Below are positions 8,845 through 19,500 of a stretch of 37,150 nucleotides of DNA, piece after piece; position 1 is the first letter of the stretch; every line of letters begins with the position of its first letter. The notes below the pieces were generated by a model, which worked only from the letters and a program-made list of their open reading frames with translations, was not told where the DNA came from and did no database searches. Source of the DNA: Myxococcales bacterium (GTDB taxonomy: Bacteria > Myxococcota_A > Polyangia > Fen-1088); assembly GCA_043759805.1 (NCBI GenBank), contig JAYUPZ010000410.1, forward strand, positions 1 to 37,150, in the 5' to 3' direction. Position numbers and translations under genes: made by a program.

Positions 8845-9702
8845 ATGCTCGGGACAATTGCACGTGTCGGAGTGGTCGGAGCCGGTCAAATGGGCGGAGG
8901 CATTGCCCAGGTCTTGGCACAGGCAGGAATATCCGTTGCGCTGATGGACACCACGCTCGCGCAAGCGCAACACGGAAAAGAGCGCATCGTTTCTCAGCTC
9001 GACCGGCTGGTAGAAAAGGGCAAGCTTGCTGCAGATGAGCGCTTGGCTGTCACGAGTCGCATTGTCCCCGTGGCCAATTATCGCGATCTGTCGGATGCAG
9101 ATTTTATTGTCGAAGCTGCGAGTGAAAGCCTGGCCGTCAAGCAACAGATTTTCACCGATCTGGATCGCGCCTGTCGTCCGGGCGTAATTTTCGCCAGCAA
9201 CACCTCGTCCATCAGCATCACCGCGTTGTCGGCGCGCACGCGGCGCCCGGATCGCGTCATCGGGGTTCATTTCATGAATCCGGTGCCGCTCATGAAGCTC
9301 GTCGAATTGATTCGCGGCTTGCCAACCTCCGATGAAACGTATGACGCAGCCTGTGCCCTGGTGCAACGGCTAGGCAAACAGACCGTGGTTTCGCGCGACA
9401 TCCCGGGGTTCATCGTCAACCGTGTGCTGATGCCGCTTTGCAACGAGGCGTGTTTTACGCTTTACGAAAACATTGGCACCATCGAGGACATCGACAAGGC
9501 GATTACGCTCGGCCTCAACCATCCGATGGGCCCCTTTGCGCTCATGGATCTCATCGGACTCGACACGACGCTTGCGATTCTCGAAGTGATGCATCGCGAG
9601 CTCGGCGAGAGCAAATACCGACCTTGCCCGCTCCTGCGCCAGTACGTGGCCGCGGGGTGGCTGGGGCGAAAATCTGGCCGTGGGTTTTATACCTACAGCT
9701 GA
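8845..9702 (+). CDS. 3-hydroxybutyryl-CoA / 3-hydroxyacyl-CoA dehydrogenase
   Basis: NAD-binding VGVVGAGQMGGGIAQ, then HFMNPVPLMKLVE and PGFIVNRVL motifs of the HBD/PaaH family. It starts 12 nt after the thiolase stop, so probably one operon. Confidence 0.9.
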   Translation: MLGTIARVGVVGAGQMGGGIAQVLAQAGISVALMDTTLAQAQHGKERIVSQLDRLVEKGKLAADERLAVTSRIVPVANYRDLSDADFIVEAASESLAVKQQIFTDLDRACRPGVIFASNTSSISITALSARTRRPDRVIGVHFMNPVPLMKLVELIRGLPTSDETYDAACALVQRLGKQTVVSRDIPGFIVNRVLMPLCNEACFTLYENIGTIEDIDKAITLGLNHPMGPFALMDLIGLDTTLAILEVMHRELGESKYRPCPLLRQYVAAGWLGRKSGRGFYTYS

Positions 9703-9866
9703 GCTGCGCGCGATGCAGGGCACAATGCGGTGCGCTTGCGACCCATCCTTTACCCGCCTTTTACCGTTTCGCCTCGTCCACCGGCGGGCCCCCAACCGTA
9801 TCTGGGTTAGAATTGTTGAGCCACGTTTCAGGGCGACAGCGCCTACTGCCGGGGGAAAACGGTCCA

Positions 9867-10550
9867 ATGAATATCCTTCTTGTTGAAGATGAACCTTCGC
9901 TGCGCTCGGGCGTGGCCGACCTGCTCGGGGCGGCTGGGCATTCGGTGGAGGCAGTTGGCGACGGCCTTTCGGCCTGTGGGCGAGGCATGACGTCCGATGT
10001 CAACCTCGTCCTCCTCGACCTGACGCTCCCGGATCTTGATGGCATGGAGGTCTGTCGGCGCTTGCGCAATGGTCGGCCTGGATTGCTCATCATGATGTTG
10101 ACCGCACGGGATCGCGAGGAGGACAAGGTCCAGGGTTTGCTGACCGGCGCAGACGATTATCTGACCAAGCCCTTCGGTGCGCGGGAGTTGCTTGCACGCA
10201 TCGAAGCCCTTTCGCGTCGTACCCGTCCGGACCTGAATGGTCCCGAGCGGATCGAGGTGGATGGTTGCGTGCTGGATCTTGGCCGCTGCGAGGCTGCTCG
10301 CGAAGGGAAGGCCGTTGCGTTGACTGCACGCGAAGCCCGAATCCTGCGGTTGCTCTACATCAACCGGGCTCGTGCTCTGACGCGCGGCGAATTGCTTGAA
10401 CAGGCGTGGGGCGCATCGGCGCGTTTGCAGACCCGAACAGTGGATATGACGATAGCAAACCTGCGCCAGAAGATTGAAACCAACGTGACCTTGCCGCGCA
10501 TTGTGACGACGGTAAAAGGTGTTGGTTACGCCTGGGGCGCGGCTTGCTGA
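9867..10550 (+). CDS. OmpR/PhoB-family response regulator, 227 aa
   Basis: The internal ATG at 9867 gives MNILLVEDEPSLR...; phospho-acceptor context LVLLDLTLPDLDG, LTKPF, and a winged-helix C-terminus (TVDMTIANLRQKIE...TVKGVGYAW). The 5' part of the track ORF (9438-9866) is not receiver-like. Confidence 0.9.
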   Translation: MNILLVEDEPSLRSGVADLLGAAGHSVEAVGDGLSACGRGMTSDVNLVLLDLTLPDLDGMEVCRRLRNGRPGLLIMMLTARDREEDKVQGLLTGADDYLTKPFGARELLARIEALSRRTRPDLNGPERIEVDGCVLDLGRCEAAREGKAVALTAREARILRLLYINRARALTRGELLEQAWGASARLQTRTVDMTIANLRQKIETNVTLPRIVTTVKGVGYAWGAAC

Positions 10551-12265
10551 GAGGACCGCAATCCGGTGCTGCGATTGTCGCCACCGTCGCCGCGATCTCG
10601 ATTCCGAGTGTGGCGTGGTACTGGATGGGTTCCGGCCAGCTCGAACGCGTGCAAGCCGAGCTACATCAGAGTGCGCAGCGAGAATCTGTCACCACCGCCA
10701 TGCAACTTGCGGCGAAGGTGGCCCTCGAACTCGACGAGCTTCGGCGCGTCGAAGCGGAGCGTAGCCATCTGGAATATTTTCCACGTTTTCGTTCGCGTGG
10801 CAGCCGCTGTGGCAAGGAGTACACCCGCGGCACACCGCTTGCCTCGGGCGAGTATCCGCACTCGGTGAAGTTCTATTTCCAGATCGACGAACAAGGTTCG
10901 GTCTGGTCGCCCCGGGTTGACGACGATCTGGCGTCGTTGTTTGTGTCACTGCAGAGTCCCTTCGGGAAACCGGGATCCGGAGGCCGATCTCGGCCGGGGG
11001 CGGCCCGTCGTACGAATGTGGGTGATGCCTCGGGCATTGTGCCGTCGTCGGTGCGGCCTTTTCATTTGCAGGGTCTCTCGAGCAGTGGCCCTTCGTCGGG
11101 TCTCGCGCAGTCGATGGCTCCGCTTGAGGCCAACACAGCGCAGGTCCTGGCAAACTTTTTCAATACCGCCAATGAAGCGGAATTGCCCAGCCACGACGAT
11201 ACGCATGACGTGGGGGACTTCAAGTGGATGACGGGCACTTGGCGTTCGGAACCCGTGCTGATGGCCGTGCGCACGGTTCGCCACCGCGAGCACACTTTCC
11301 ACCAGGGCTTCGCGATCGAAACGAGTTCCTTCTCTGACTGGATGTTCGACGGCGGATTTCCCGCCAAGGTGTTGCCTGGCGAGGCCAACGTCGCGGCCGC
11401 GGCCATGTTGCCCATCGGTGGCATCGACTGGCACGTTGCCTTTGATACCGGACCGGCCTTGAAAAACGTCGCACGGCAGGCGGCCACCTTGCGGGGTCAA
11501 TTCCGCACCTCGTATTTCGGCGGCCTCCTCGCTGCCATTCTGGCAGGGGCTGGCGTCATCGTGTTGGTTTCGCGCTCGGGTCGTTTCGCGCGCGAACGTT
11601 CTCGTTTTGCGGCGGCCGCTGCGCACGAGCTGAGAACGCCGCTTGCCGGTATTCGCTTGCACGGCGAGATGTTGGCTGATTCGCTTGGCAAACCGGATTC
11701 AATCGAGCGATACGCACGACGGATCACCGACGAGGCCGAACGGTTGTCCCGTGTGGTCGCGAATGTCCTGTCGCACTCGCGTGGTGAGCAGCGCAAGATC
11801 ACACTCAACCGCGAGCTTGGCGATCTTGCCGAGCCGGTCATTGATTGCATTGGCAATACCGAACCGTTGCTAGACGAATCGGGTGTCGAGCTGGTGGTCG
11901 ACCTCGGCCGTGATCTGCCGCAGATCCCGGTCGACGCGGACGCCATACACCAGATCTTGCGCAATCTGCTCGACAACGCGGAAAAGTACACGCGTCGTGC
12001 GACGGATCGCCGGATTGAGGTTCGCCTCAGTTCCCGCGGAAAGGGCGTACGTCTGTCGGTTGTTGATCACGGTCCGGGGGTTGTACCGGGCCTTGAGCGC
12101 AAGCTGTTTAGGCCCTTTGTCAATGCCGATACCGCCAGCAAACACGCGGGTCTGGGCCTGGGCTTGTCGGTCGTGAAGTCGCTCGTCGAGGCGCACAATG
12201 GCACGGTCAGCCACGAGCCCACGCCAGGCGGCGGAGCCACCTTCCACGCCGACTTTCCGGCCTAG
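10544..12265 (+). CDS. Membrane sensor histidine kinase (partner of the OmpR-type regulator)
   Basis: It overlaps the regulator stop. There are two hydrophobic segments (aa ~8-28 and ~325-345) around a ~300-aa presumed periplasmic region. H-box AAAHELRTPLAGI; N and G boxes (LLDNAEKYT, DHGPGV, GLGLGLSVV). The exact start (TTG 10544) is uncertain. Confidence 0.85.
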   Translation: MLRGPQSGAAIVATVAAISIPSVAWYWMGSGQLERVQAELHQSAQRESVTTAMQLAAKVALELDELRRVEAERSHLEYFPRFRSRGSRCGKEYTRGTPLASGEYPHSVKFYFQIDEQGSVWSPRVDDDLASLFVSLQSPFGKPGSGGRSRPGAARRTNVGDASGIVPSSVRPFHLQGLSSSGPSSGLAQSMAPLEANTAQVLANFFNTANEAELPSHDDTHDVGDFKWMTGTWRSEPVLMAVRTVRHREHTFHQGFAIETSSFSDWMFDGGFPAKVLPGEANVAAAAMLPIGGIDWHVAFDTGPALKNVARQAATLRGQFRTSYFGGLLAAILAGAGVIVLVSRSGRFARERSRFAAAAAHELRTPLAGIRLHGEMLADSLGKPDSIERYARRITDEAERLSRVVANVLSHSRGEQRKITLNRELGDLAEPVIDCIGNTEPLLDESGVELVVDLGRDLPQIPVDADAIHQILRNLLDNAEKYTRRATDRRIEVRLSSRGKGVRLSVVDHGPGVVPGLERKLFRPFVNADTASKHAGLGLGLSVVKSLVEAHNGTVSHEPTPGGGATFHADFPA

Positions 12266-13350
12266 CGCGGAATCGCGAGCACTTGCCGCTTCAGTTCGGG
12301 CAACTCGATGTCGCGAATGAGCGTCTCACCAAGCCTCGGCACGAACACAAATCGGATCGCGTTCGAGCGGCGTTTCTTGTCGACGTCGATATGCGACAGG
12401 ACGTCTTCGTCCACGTGATTTTCCAGATCGATCGGCAATCCGAGTCGTGAAAGGACGGCAGCCGTGCGTGTGACAAGCGCGGCGTCGTTGATGCCCAGTG
12501 CAGAGCCCAGCTTCAAGGCGGCTATCAATCCGAGTGACACGGCTTCACCGTGTAGCAATCCGTAGTCGGAGCCGGTTTCGATCGCGTGGCCAACCGTATG
12601 ACCAAAATTCAAGATGGCGCGTCCCGCGGACTCACGTTCGTCGGAACAAACCACGGCAATCTTCACCCGTACCGAATCCGCAATGAAGCGTTCGAGCTGT
12701 GCGCGACTGAGTTCGGGATTTGCCTGTGTTTCAGCTTCGATGCGTTCAAAAAGTGGCGCATCGGCGATGAGGCCTGCCTTGACGACTTCGGCCATGCCGG
12801 CCGCGATTTCGCGCGCGGGTAGAGTGTCGAGGAAGTTCAGATCGCAGAAGACACCGCGGGGCTGATGAAAGGCACCCACGAGGTTTTTGCCGGCGCCGAG
12901 ATCGACGGCTGTCTTGCCACCGACCGAGGCGTCCACCATGGCAAGCAAGGTTGTTGGCAACAACAACGAGTCCACACCGCGCAGATAGACTGCTGCCGCA
13001 AAGCCAGAATGATCCGTGGTGGCGCCGCCGCCAATGCCAAGGATCATGGCACCCCGATCGAAACCCGACTGCGCGAGCCACTCGCAGGTTTTCTCAAGTT
13101 CGGCAAACGTCTTACAGCGCTCGCCGCTCGTCAGAGCCAGCGACTCGACTTTTGGAAGTCGCTTGCGCAATGCTGCCACCAGGGTGTCCACGCGGGGCGA
13201 GTGCTTCGGCAAGTTGCCGTCGACCAGGATCGCAAGACCACTGTTTTTGGCAGCAAGCACCGCAATCGCATCGGCGAGGGCCTCGATCTCGAAATGACCA
13301 ATCACGACCTCGTGGCTGCGATCCCCGAGGGAAACTGGAAGGCGTTGCAT
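12262..13350 (-). CDS. aroB: 3-dehydroquinate synthase
   Basis: GGGATTDHSGFAAAVYLRGV, GKNLVGAFHQP and NFGHTVGHAIE are AroB signatures. The stop overlaps the convergent kinase stop by 4 nt (CTAG). Confidence 0.9.
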   Translation of the reverse strand: MQRLPVSLGDRSHEVVIGHFEIEALADAIAVLAAKNSGLAILVDGNLPKHSPRVDTLVAALRKRLPKVESLALTSGERCKTFAELEKTCEWLAQSGFDRGAMILGIGGGATTDHSGFAAAVYLRGVDSLLLPTTLLAMVDASVGGKTAVDLGAGKNLVGAFHQPRGVFCDLNFLDTLPAREIAAGMAEVVKAGLIADAPLFERIEAETQANPELSRAQLERFIADSVRVKIAVVCSDERESAGRAILNFGHTVGHAIETGSDYGLLHGEAVSLGLIAALKLGSALGINDAALVTRTAAVLSRLGLPIDLENHVDEDVLSHIDVDKKRRSNAIRFVFVPRLGETLIRDIELPELKRQVLAIPR

Positions 13351-13393
13351 GGGGCCGCAGGCTAGCAGGTTGACGGACCGCGAAAGGATGCTG

Positions 13394-13467
13394 CGCCCCC
13401 GACAGGAATCGAACCTGTAACCCTCGGCTTAGAAGGCCGATGCTCTATCCAGTTGAGCTACGGGAGC
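13394..13467 (-). tRNA. tRNA-Arg (anticodon TCT)
   Basis: I folded the reverse complement by hand: acceptor GCUCCCG/CGGGGGC, D arm GCUC-AACUGGAUA-GAGC, anticodon arm UCGGC-CUUCUAA-GCCGA (UCU), variable GGGUU, T arm ACAGG-UUCGAUU-CCUGU, discriminator G. CCA is not encoded. Confidence 0.85.
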
Positions 13468-13498
13468 CTGGAAGGCCGATACCTTACAACATCGAAAC

Positions 13499-14089
13499 TC
13501 AGGGTGCGGACTTTGCCTTCCCGCTCGCTGTTCGCTTTTTGCGGGGGGGCACGGGCTCCGTGGCCCTGACCTCGCCGACAAGTCGAGTCATGGCGTCTTC
13601 GAAGGTGATTAACTCGGTTACGGTACTATTGTGCAAAGTGAAAATCAGCTCGAAGGGCTCGCGCATCCCGGGCACGAGCAAGAGCTCGTCCGAGCCCATC
13701 GCGAAGGTGGCTTGATGGGTCGCGGACACGGAATTGTCGCGTCCGGCCTTGTCCCGCAGCGTGAAGCGTTTGGCTCGCACACGCTGGGGCGTGACACCCC
13801 GATTCTCAATCTCGACCTGCACGCGCACGAAGTGGTGATTGGCAGGGGGCATTGCCACCGACGTGCCCGCCTCAAGTTGCGGAAGCACCGTGGCCTCTAC
13901 GACGCGCATCGACATCGTCTCCCCCACGATCCACGCGCCCATGGTCGTGAACTTTTCAGGCTCGACCTGGGGCTCATCGGCGTCGGCCTGTGCTACGGTT
14001 TCGGCCGCTGGGATTTCGGGCGCGGCGGGAGCGGCCGTCTTGCTGCATCCAGCGAAAAAAAGCAGCAGCAGGGGACCCAGCTTCGACAT
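13499..14089 (-). CDS. Lipoprotein with a DUF4352-like beta-sandwich domain
   Basis: MSKLGPLLLLFFAGC lipobox and a Pro/Ala/Glu linker. HHFVRVQVEIENRGVTPQRV...FTLRDKAGRD...LVPGMREPFELIF matches the pattern I associate with DUF4352. Confidence 0.55.
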   Translation of the reverse strand: MSKLGPLLLLFFAGCSKTAAPAAPEIPAAETVAQADADEPQVEPEKFTTMGAWIVGETMSMRVVEATVLPQLEAGTSVAMPPANHHFVRVQVEIENRGVTPQRVRAKRFTLRDKAGRDNSVSATHQATFAMGSDELLLVPGMREPFELIFTLHNSTVTELITFEDAMTRLVGEVRATEPVPPRKKRTASGKAKSAP

Positions 14090-14225
14090 GGGTCGCGGAG
14101 TTTAGCGCGCCCTCTCCCGTCGGTGACCAAAAGGGCGAACGGAATCGGGTTTGGCGGCAACCAATTATAGATTGTTCGCCTGTTGGGCGACGTTCGAGTA
14201 CAAAGTACCCAGCCGGAGGATTGAC

Positions 14226-15242
14226 ATGAAGGTATTCTCGCGACCCGATCTTGCTTTACTCAGCCTGCTTTTCGGTATGGCTTGCGCCGGTTCCGGAGAC
14301 ACAGGGGACGATTTACCGAGAGGAGGCGGAGCGTCAGGCATGGGAGGGGCAACGGATGTTGGCGGGCAAAGCGGCTCGGGCACGGATCCTGCGGCGGGAT
14401 CAAGCGGACAGGGCGGTGCGAATGACGGCACGGGTGGAATGGGCGGGCTTCCGGCAAGCACCGGGGGTAAGTCGGCCACTGGTGGCGGGGGAGCCACCGG
14501 GGGGTCGAAGGCGACGGGAGGAACGGGGGGAACGACGGCCACGGGAGGCACCGCGGCGGGAACCGGGGGGGCACCACAAGAGGTGCTCAAGAACTGCGGC
14601 ACCATCAAACCCATCCCAGGCCACGTGCCTTTCCAGGCCATCAAGCGTTTGCGTGCGGGTGAGACGGTGCGCGTGTTGGTATACGGACAGTCGATCTCCG
14701 AACAAGTTTGGTGGCAAGAAGTCCGCGCGTTTCTTCAAACGACCTACCCGGCGGGCAAGCTGGTCATGGAGAATCACGCACGCGGAGGTTGCTCGTCCCA
14801 ATGTCTGACGGGGGAGTCTGAGTGGTTCCTCGACAACACCAAAGTGAATCGTTTACCCGGCGACGTCTACGCGTGGAACCCCGATCTCATCTTGTTTCAC
14901 GTGTACGGCAGCCACACCTCTTACGAAACCATCATGAAAGGTTTCAAGGAGCGCACCAATGCCGAGGTCCTTTTGCAGACCGATCATCGTACCAAGGACA
15001 ATCCCAACGACAGCACCGGCGAGCGATGGTCGCAGACCATGAGCACGATGCACATCCCACTCTATGCGACGCGCTATGGATTCAGCCTCGCGCGTATCTG
15101 GGAAGCCTGGGGCGCGCATCTGCAGCAGTCAAAGTTGCCGGCCAAGAATTTCCTCGCCGATGACGTGCATCTGAATGACGCTGGGAACGCCTTGATGGCC
15201 AGCTTCATCAAGCCGTATCTGTGTTACAACCCGGGCCCGTAG
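14226..15242 (+). CDS. SGNH/GDSL-type hydrolase lipoprotein with a Gly/Thr/Ala-rich linker
   Basis: The ATG at 14226 is preceded by GGAGGA and gives MKVFSRPDLALLSLLFGMAC (lipobox). About 85 aa of low-complexity G/T/A/S linker follow. SGNH blocks: VLVYGQSISE (Ser), HARGGCSS (Gly), DDVHLND (Asp-x-x-His). Confidence 0.75.
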   Translation: MKVFSRPDLALLSLLFGMACAGSGDTGDDLPRGGGASGMGGATDVGGQSGSGTDPAAGSSGQGGANDGTGGMGGLPASTGGKSATGGGGATGGSKATGGTGGTTATGGTAAGTGGAPQEVLKNCGTIKPIPGHVPFQAIKRLRAGETVRVLVYGQSISEQVWWQEVRAFLQTTYPAGKLVMENHARGGCSSQCLTGESEWFLDNTKVNRLPGDVYAWNPDLILFHVYGSHTSYETIMKGFKERTNAEVLLQTDHRTKDNPNDSTGERWSQTMSTMHIPLYATRYGFSLARIWEAWGAHLQQSKLPAKNFLADDVHLNDAGNALMASFIKPYLCYNPGP

Positions 15243-15245
15243 CCA

Positions 15246-15276
15246 GCGACGGCACTGCGAAAGCGAGTGCCGTCGC
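15246..15276. terminator. Bidirectional intrinsic-terminator-like hairpin between convergent genes
   Basis: A perfect 11-bp stem, GCGACGGCACT (15246-15256) with AGTGCCGTCGC (15266-15276), and a 9-nt loop. It starts 4 nt after the hydrolase stop and ends 14 nt before the stop of the minus-strand lipoprotein. It is followed by CTCTCTTTG. Confidence 0.6.
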
Positions 15277-15289
15277 GCTCTCTTTGTCG

Positions 15290-16345
15290 CTACCGCTTGA
15301 TCGCCTTGTAGACGGTGGTCTCGATCGTCGGGGCGCCGCCGTCCGCGTTTGGCTTATCGCTCTTCGTGCTCTTTACTTCAAGCGCGGTGCCTTTCACGCA
15401 GAAGTCTGTGGCCGTGGTCGTATCCGCGGTTTCGCCCGTCTTGATGAACTTGGCCGTTGTGCCGGCGATAACGAGGGTTCCGGTGTCGGACTTCTGCGGA
15501 AGGGTCGCGGTGCAAGTGCAGCCGGTTGTGAGCGTGCCCGTGCACGTCGCGGTGCCCTTGAAGGATTTGATAAGTTGCGCGCTGACATCGTTGCAGCTCG
15601 TGATCATTTGGCTGTAGGGAGCCAGACAAGCCGGGCTGTATACCGCCTTGATGTCGATGTCGATGTTGAGGGTGTAGCTTGTACCGGTCACCGCGAGTGA
15701 TCCCTTGCCTCCGAGGATGGACAGCGTGCTGGCCGTGTCGGTCTTGCAGATATCAATGCCCGTCGGTTCCTTCTTCGGCAGGCAGATCTCCGTGATGTCC
15801 CAGGTGCCGGCGAGGTCGCCACCGCACGCGCCACCAAAAGCACAGGTGCCGCCTGGGCCCACGAATCGGAGCGCGAACTTTGTGAAGTGTGTGGTCTGGC
15901 AGGTGACGGTTGCGCCAGAGGCCGAGCCAGGCAGCTCAACCCAGGCACCCTTGGTCGTGTCGAGGAAGGCACAGACCGCGCTCTTGCCCTGCGGAATCGC
16001 GCCCGACACCGGCAGGGTCAGCGAGACCGGCTTGGTGAAGGTCGTGCCGTCCGGACCGAAGTCGTAAACCATGCCTGAAATCGAGGCCTGATCGGGCAGA
16101 CTGCTAGAGGGCGCCGATGACGCGATTGTGATTGTGGTGTCGGCGGCCAGCGCGCCCGGAGGAATTACCAGCGTCACTTGATCCAGCTTGACGGTTCCGC
16201 CCGCCGCTGCGGTGATCCGTGTCGATACAGAGTTCGCCGCCGTTGAGGCATCCGCCACCGCGGCATCGCCGCTGGCGTCTTTTTTGTCGTCATCGTCACA
16301 ACCAACAAACCCCAAACACAAAAACAGTAACGCTACCTTCTTCAT
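15290..16345 (-). CDS. Cys-rich secreted lipoprotein, 351 aa, unknown function
   Basis: MKKVALLFLCLGFVGC lipobox followed by DDDDKK; AAGGAG lies upstream of the ATG. The N-terminal part (GGTVKLDQVTLVIPPGALAADTTITI...YDFGPDGTTFTKPVSLTLPV) looks like a ZU5-like/Ig-like surface domain. The C-terminal half has many Cys in a Thr/Gly-rich context. Confidence 0.65.
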   Translation of the reverse strand: MKKVALLFLCLGFVGCDDDDKKDASGDAAVADASTAANSVSTRITAAAGGTVKLDQVTLVIPPGALAADTTITIASSAPSSSLPDQASISGMVYDFGPDGTTFTKPVSLTLPVSGAIPQGKSAVCAFLDTTKGAWVELPGSASGATVTCQTTHFTKFALRFVGPGGTCAFGGACGGDLAGTWDITEICLPKKEPTGIDICKTDTASTLSILGGKGSLAVTGTSYTLNIDIDIKAVYSPACLAPYSQMITSCNDVSAQLIKSFKGTATCTGTLTTGCTCTATLPQKSDTGTLVIAGTTAKFIKTGETADTTTATDFCVKGTALEVKSTKSDKPNADGGAPTIETTVYKAIKR

Positions 16346-16495
16346 TTTCCCGCTAGCTCCTTCGTATTTTCAGACGCCCCGACGGGGCGCTACGGCGGCA
16401 AGGTAACACGGGACGACCCTGCCGGGGAGCATGCCGGACGGGGTCTCCGGGTACACGGTCTAGCGCAGAGCTTCAGTATCACGTTTCCAAACAGA

Positions 16496-16512
16496 GCCAC
16501 GTTCGGCGTGGC
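16496..16512 (-). terminator. Possible tamB terminator hairpin
   Basis: GCCACG (16496-16501) pairs with CGTGGC (16507-16512) around a 5-nt loop, 8 nt downstream of the tamB stop. On the minus strand it is followed by UCUGUUUGG. The stem is short, so confidence is modest. Confidence 0.35.
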
Positions 16513-16519
16513 ACTATTT

Positions 16520-19500
16520 TCAATAGTGTTTCTTCCACACCACGTCAGCGGAGCCCTTGCGCGCGTCACCGTACTCACCCTCGAAACTCCAGCGGGGCGT
16601 CAACTGGTATTCGAGGTGCACAGAATTGCGGTTCTGCTGCCGGGTGGGATCAGCGGCCAAACGCCCCACATACGCGACGTAGACCTTGTTGGTGAGGTAG
16701 GTGCCGGCCTCAAGTGATGCGCTTGCAGCACCCTGTCCGGGCTCGATGGTCAAGACATCAAGCGGCAGGCGTTTGGCCAGCGTCTTTTGCAGCTTGGACG
16801 CCAACATCGAGCCGAGCAGGGACGCAACCTTGTCCACGCCCGATGAGGAGGGACCGGCTGGCTGATCCAGATCCATCCGCCCGGTCAGCAACAGCATGAT
16901 GAGTGCGGTCTGGGAATGCGGGGGCTGGGAAGTGAGGGTGAGCACGGGCTCCGTCTTTGAGCCGGTTAAAGAAACGAACACGGTTACCCCGGCGGACTTG
17001 TTCTCGTGGCGTGCCTTGACGTCGAGCCGCGGTTCTTCGGGTGATCCGGAGAACGTCACCCTCGAATCAGGATCGAGGCGAAACTTTCGTCGCAGCACGG
17101 ACACGTCGCCGCGGCGAACCAAAACGCTGCCGAAAACTCGGGGGGCACCGTCCTCCGTCATCACCCGGAAGTCGTCCGACAAACCGAGTTCGAGGTTGGC
17201 GTCGTCCGCGTGCACCCACAGATTGCGCGGTCCCTTCACCCGGGTTTGGATGCGGAGCGCCGCGCTTGTGTGCGCGGCCGGGCCCGCCTGCGGATCCGTT
17301 GGATTGAGCGCCGCCAGCTTGCGCGCCTGGTGTTTATTGAGCGGCTTGTCGTTGCTGACAAGCACCAGATCCGCAGGCTCTTGCAAGGGTTGCAAGGATC
17401 GTCGCTGGCCGCTGGCAACGCGGAAATGGGCTTCTTTGAAGGTGGTTTGCAGCGTCAGATCGGTCGAGGCGAGGGTGCCCTTGAGTGCCGCTTGCAGCGA
17501 CAACGTTCCGACCTTTTGCCCCTCGGAGCGCAATAAGAAATCCTTCATAGAAAGGTTGGCGGCGAGGGCACGCTGCTGTCCGGCGCCGTCGCCCATCCAC
17601 GCATCCATCTTGGCGGAGCCTGCCCCGCTGCGGACGTAAAGTTCCTTCAGTCGCAGGGACTTTCGGTCGCCCTCCACCGATAACTTGATGCTTTCGAAAA
17701 GTCCCAGACCAATCACGGTGGCTGAAGCGTCGCGGACATCGAGCCGACCCTGCCAATCCATCTTGGCTGCCGGCCCGCGGCCACTGAGGTTGGCGGAGAT
17801 GCGGCCCGCCACGGTGGGCAAATCGGGAATCAAACCGGAAAGCCAACCGACATCGAAACGGTCGGCGCTAAATTTCGCCTGCCAGGGCCATTGCGCCGGG
17901 GGCGGCGGTGCAGCCACCAGAGCGCGCAGGTCCATGCCGAAATCGTTGGCGAAGCTTGCCCGCAATTGGCCGTTTTCCGACGAGGCGGCTTCCACATCCA
18001 GGCGCGCCGTCGTGTCTTGCCAAAGACCGTGAAGCTTCACGGTGCCGAGCCGCTGTTTTTCGAGGGATAAATTGTCGGTGCGTGCGCTGATGTCGATGAT
18101 CGGTTTGGCAGCCGTGCCCTTGACGTTGAGACGGGCCGAGACCATGCCGTGCAACGAGCGTGGTGCCTGCTTTCGATCCTTTGGGACGAGGCCCAATCGC
18201 TGCACGCGTATGGGTGCCAGTTGGGCGTCTAACGTGAGGGCAGAGTTCCACAAATCTTGTGCCTTCGGTCGGGCGCCGGCCGGTCGGGCCAGCCTCCCGG
18301 TGGCGGTCAGCAACACGGTGTTGCGGCGCCGAACCGACAGCCGCGTGGTCAACTGGGTCGGCTGAGCGCGCAGATCAAGATCGACATCTGTGGCGGGGAC
18401 CCCTTTGGTGGCCAGCCCCCGCCCGGCCAACACGAGGGCGCCCTGTAATGACATCAGTGGCCCGCTCAGGTCGCCCGTCATCGACAGGTCACCGGAAAGA
18501 CCGTGGCGCTTGCCGGTCAACACATCGAGGGCGCGCAGGGGAAATTTTTCCAGCCCTGCGTGCAAGGTGAAAGGTTGGCGGGTGGTCAGCGCCCGGTCCA
18601 GCACCGCTGGCCACGGGCGGTTCATGAGATCGCCAAGATGAAAGGGCGTTTGCACCGACACCGTCATCGGTGCGGCTCCGCCCCGCCAGACCAGCTCAGC
18701 CCGCAAGGGATCCTGCCGGGTATCGCTCGCCTGCACGTCGATGTCTCCCAGCCGACGTTTATCGATCATCAAACCACGCCCGAGCAGCTTGAGGTTCAAG
18801 GTTGGACGTCGCTTTGTGCCGGCAAGTTGAAGTTGCAGATCGATCCGGCCGCTCGCCGGTGACCGATCCCCGCGGACGATGCGCGGCAGATGGCGCAAAT
18901 CTAGCTGCGCGATCGCGAGGCCAATCTGCCGAGTGGCCGGCGTTTGCAGTGCGTCCAGGGACAACGTCTGGTCGCCATTGGCAAGTGCCATGCCCTCGAT
19001 GCGCAACACGCCCTCTTGCAGAGCGAGGCGCATGGCGCCGGTGGATCGCCACCGGGCATCCGGATAGTCAACTTGCACGCTATCGAAGATGAAGTTCCGG
19101 GGTTTCGGCATGCGCGCCAAAACAGCCAGGGACAACGGCTCCGGTCGGCTAATGGAAGCGGCAAGTGAAACTTGATCAGCCCGTGCGCCGGGTGCCACGC
19201 GCAACCGAGTCGCGCCGAATCGCTGGCTGCCGAACCTGAGATCGCCGATGCGCAGATCCAACCTGGCGCCGCGCGGATCGGGCAACGCCGGCGCATCGGC
19301 CGACAAGACCATCTGTGACACGGCAACGCCTGCGCCCGTCAGGTGTGCGAAACGTCCATCCAGTAACAAGCGCATTCGATTTTGGTTACCCGACACGCGA
19401 AAACCCAGATCGCCGGATCCCGTGGCAGGGCCGCCGCTTATCTCGATCCCGAGCGCCCGGGTAAGGGCCGCCAGCGATGTGAGTTTCAGCCGGCCGTCGG

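Noticed and set aside
13440-13715. 91-aa plus-strand ORF
   Set aside because: It starts inside the tRNA-Arg gene and is antisense to the DUF4352-like lipoprotein.
14165-14644. Pro-rich minus-strand ORFs (105-159 aa)
   Set aside because: They are the antisense reading of the GGN-rich linker of the SGNH lipoprotein.
16375-16389. GC hairpin CGCCCC-GAC-GGGGCG 30 nt upstream of the Cys-rich lipoprotein start
   Set aside because: It has a 6-bp stem, a 3-nt loop and no U tract, so it is too small to assign a function.
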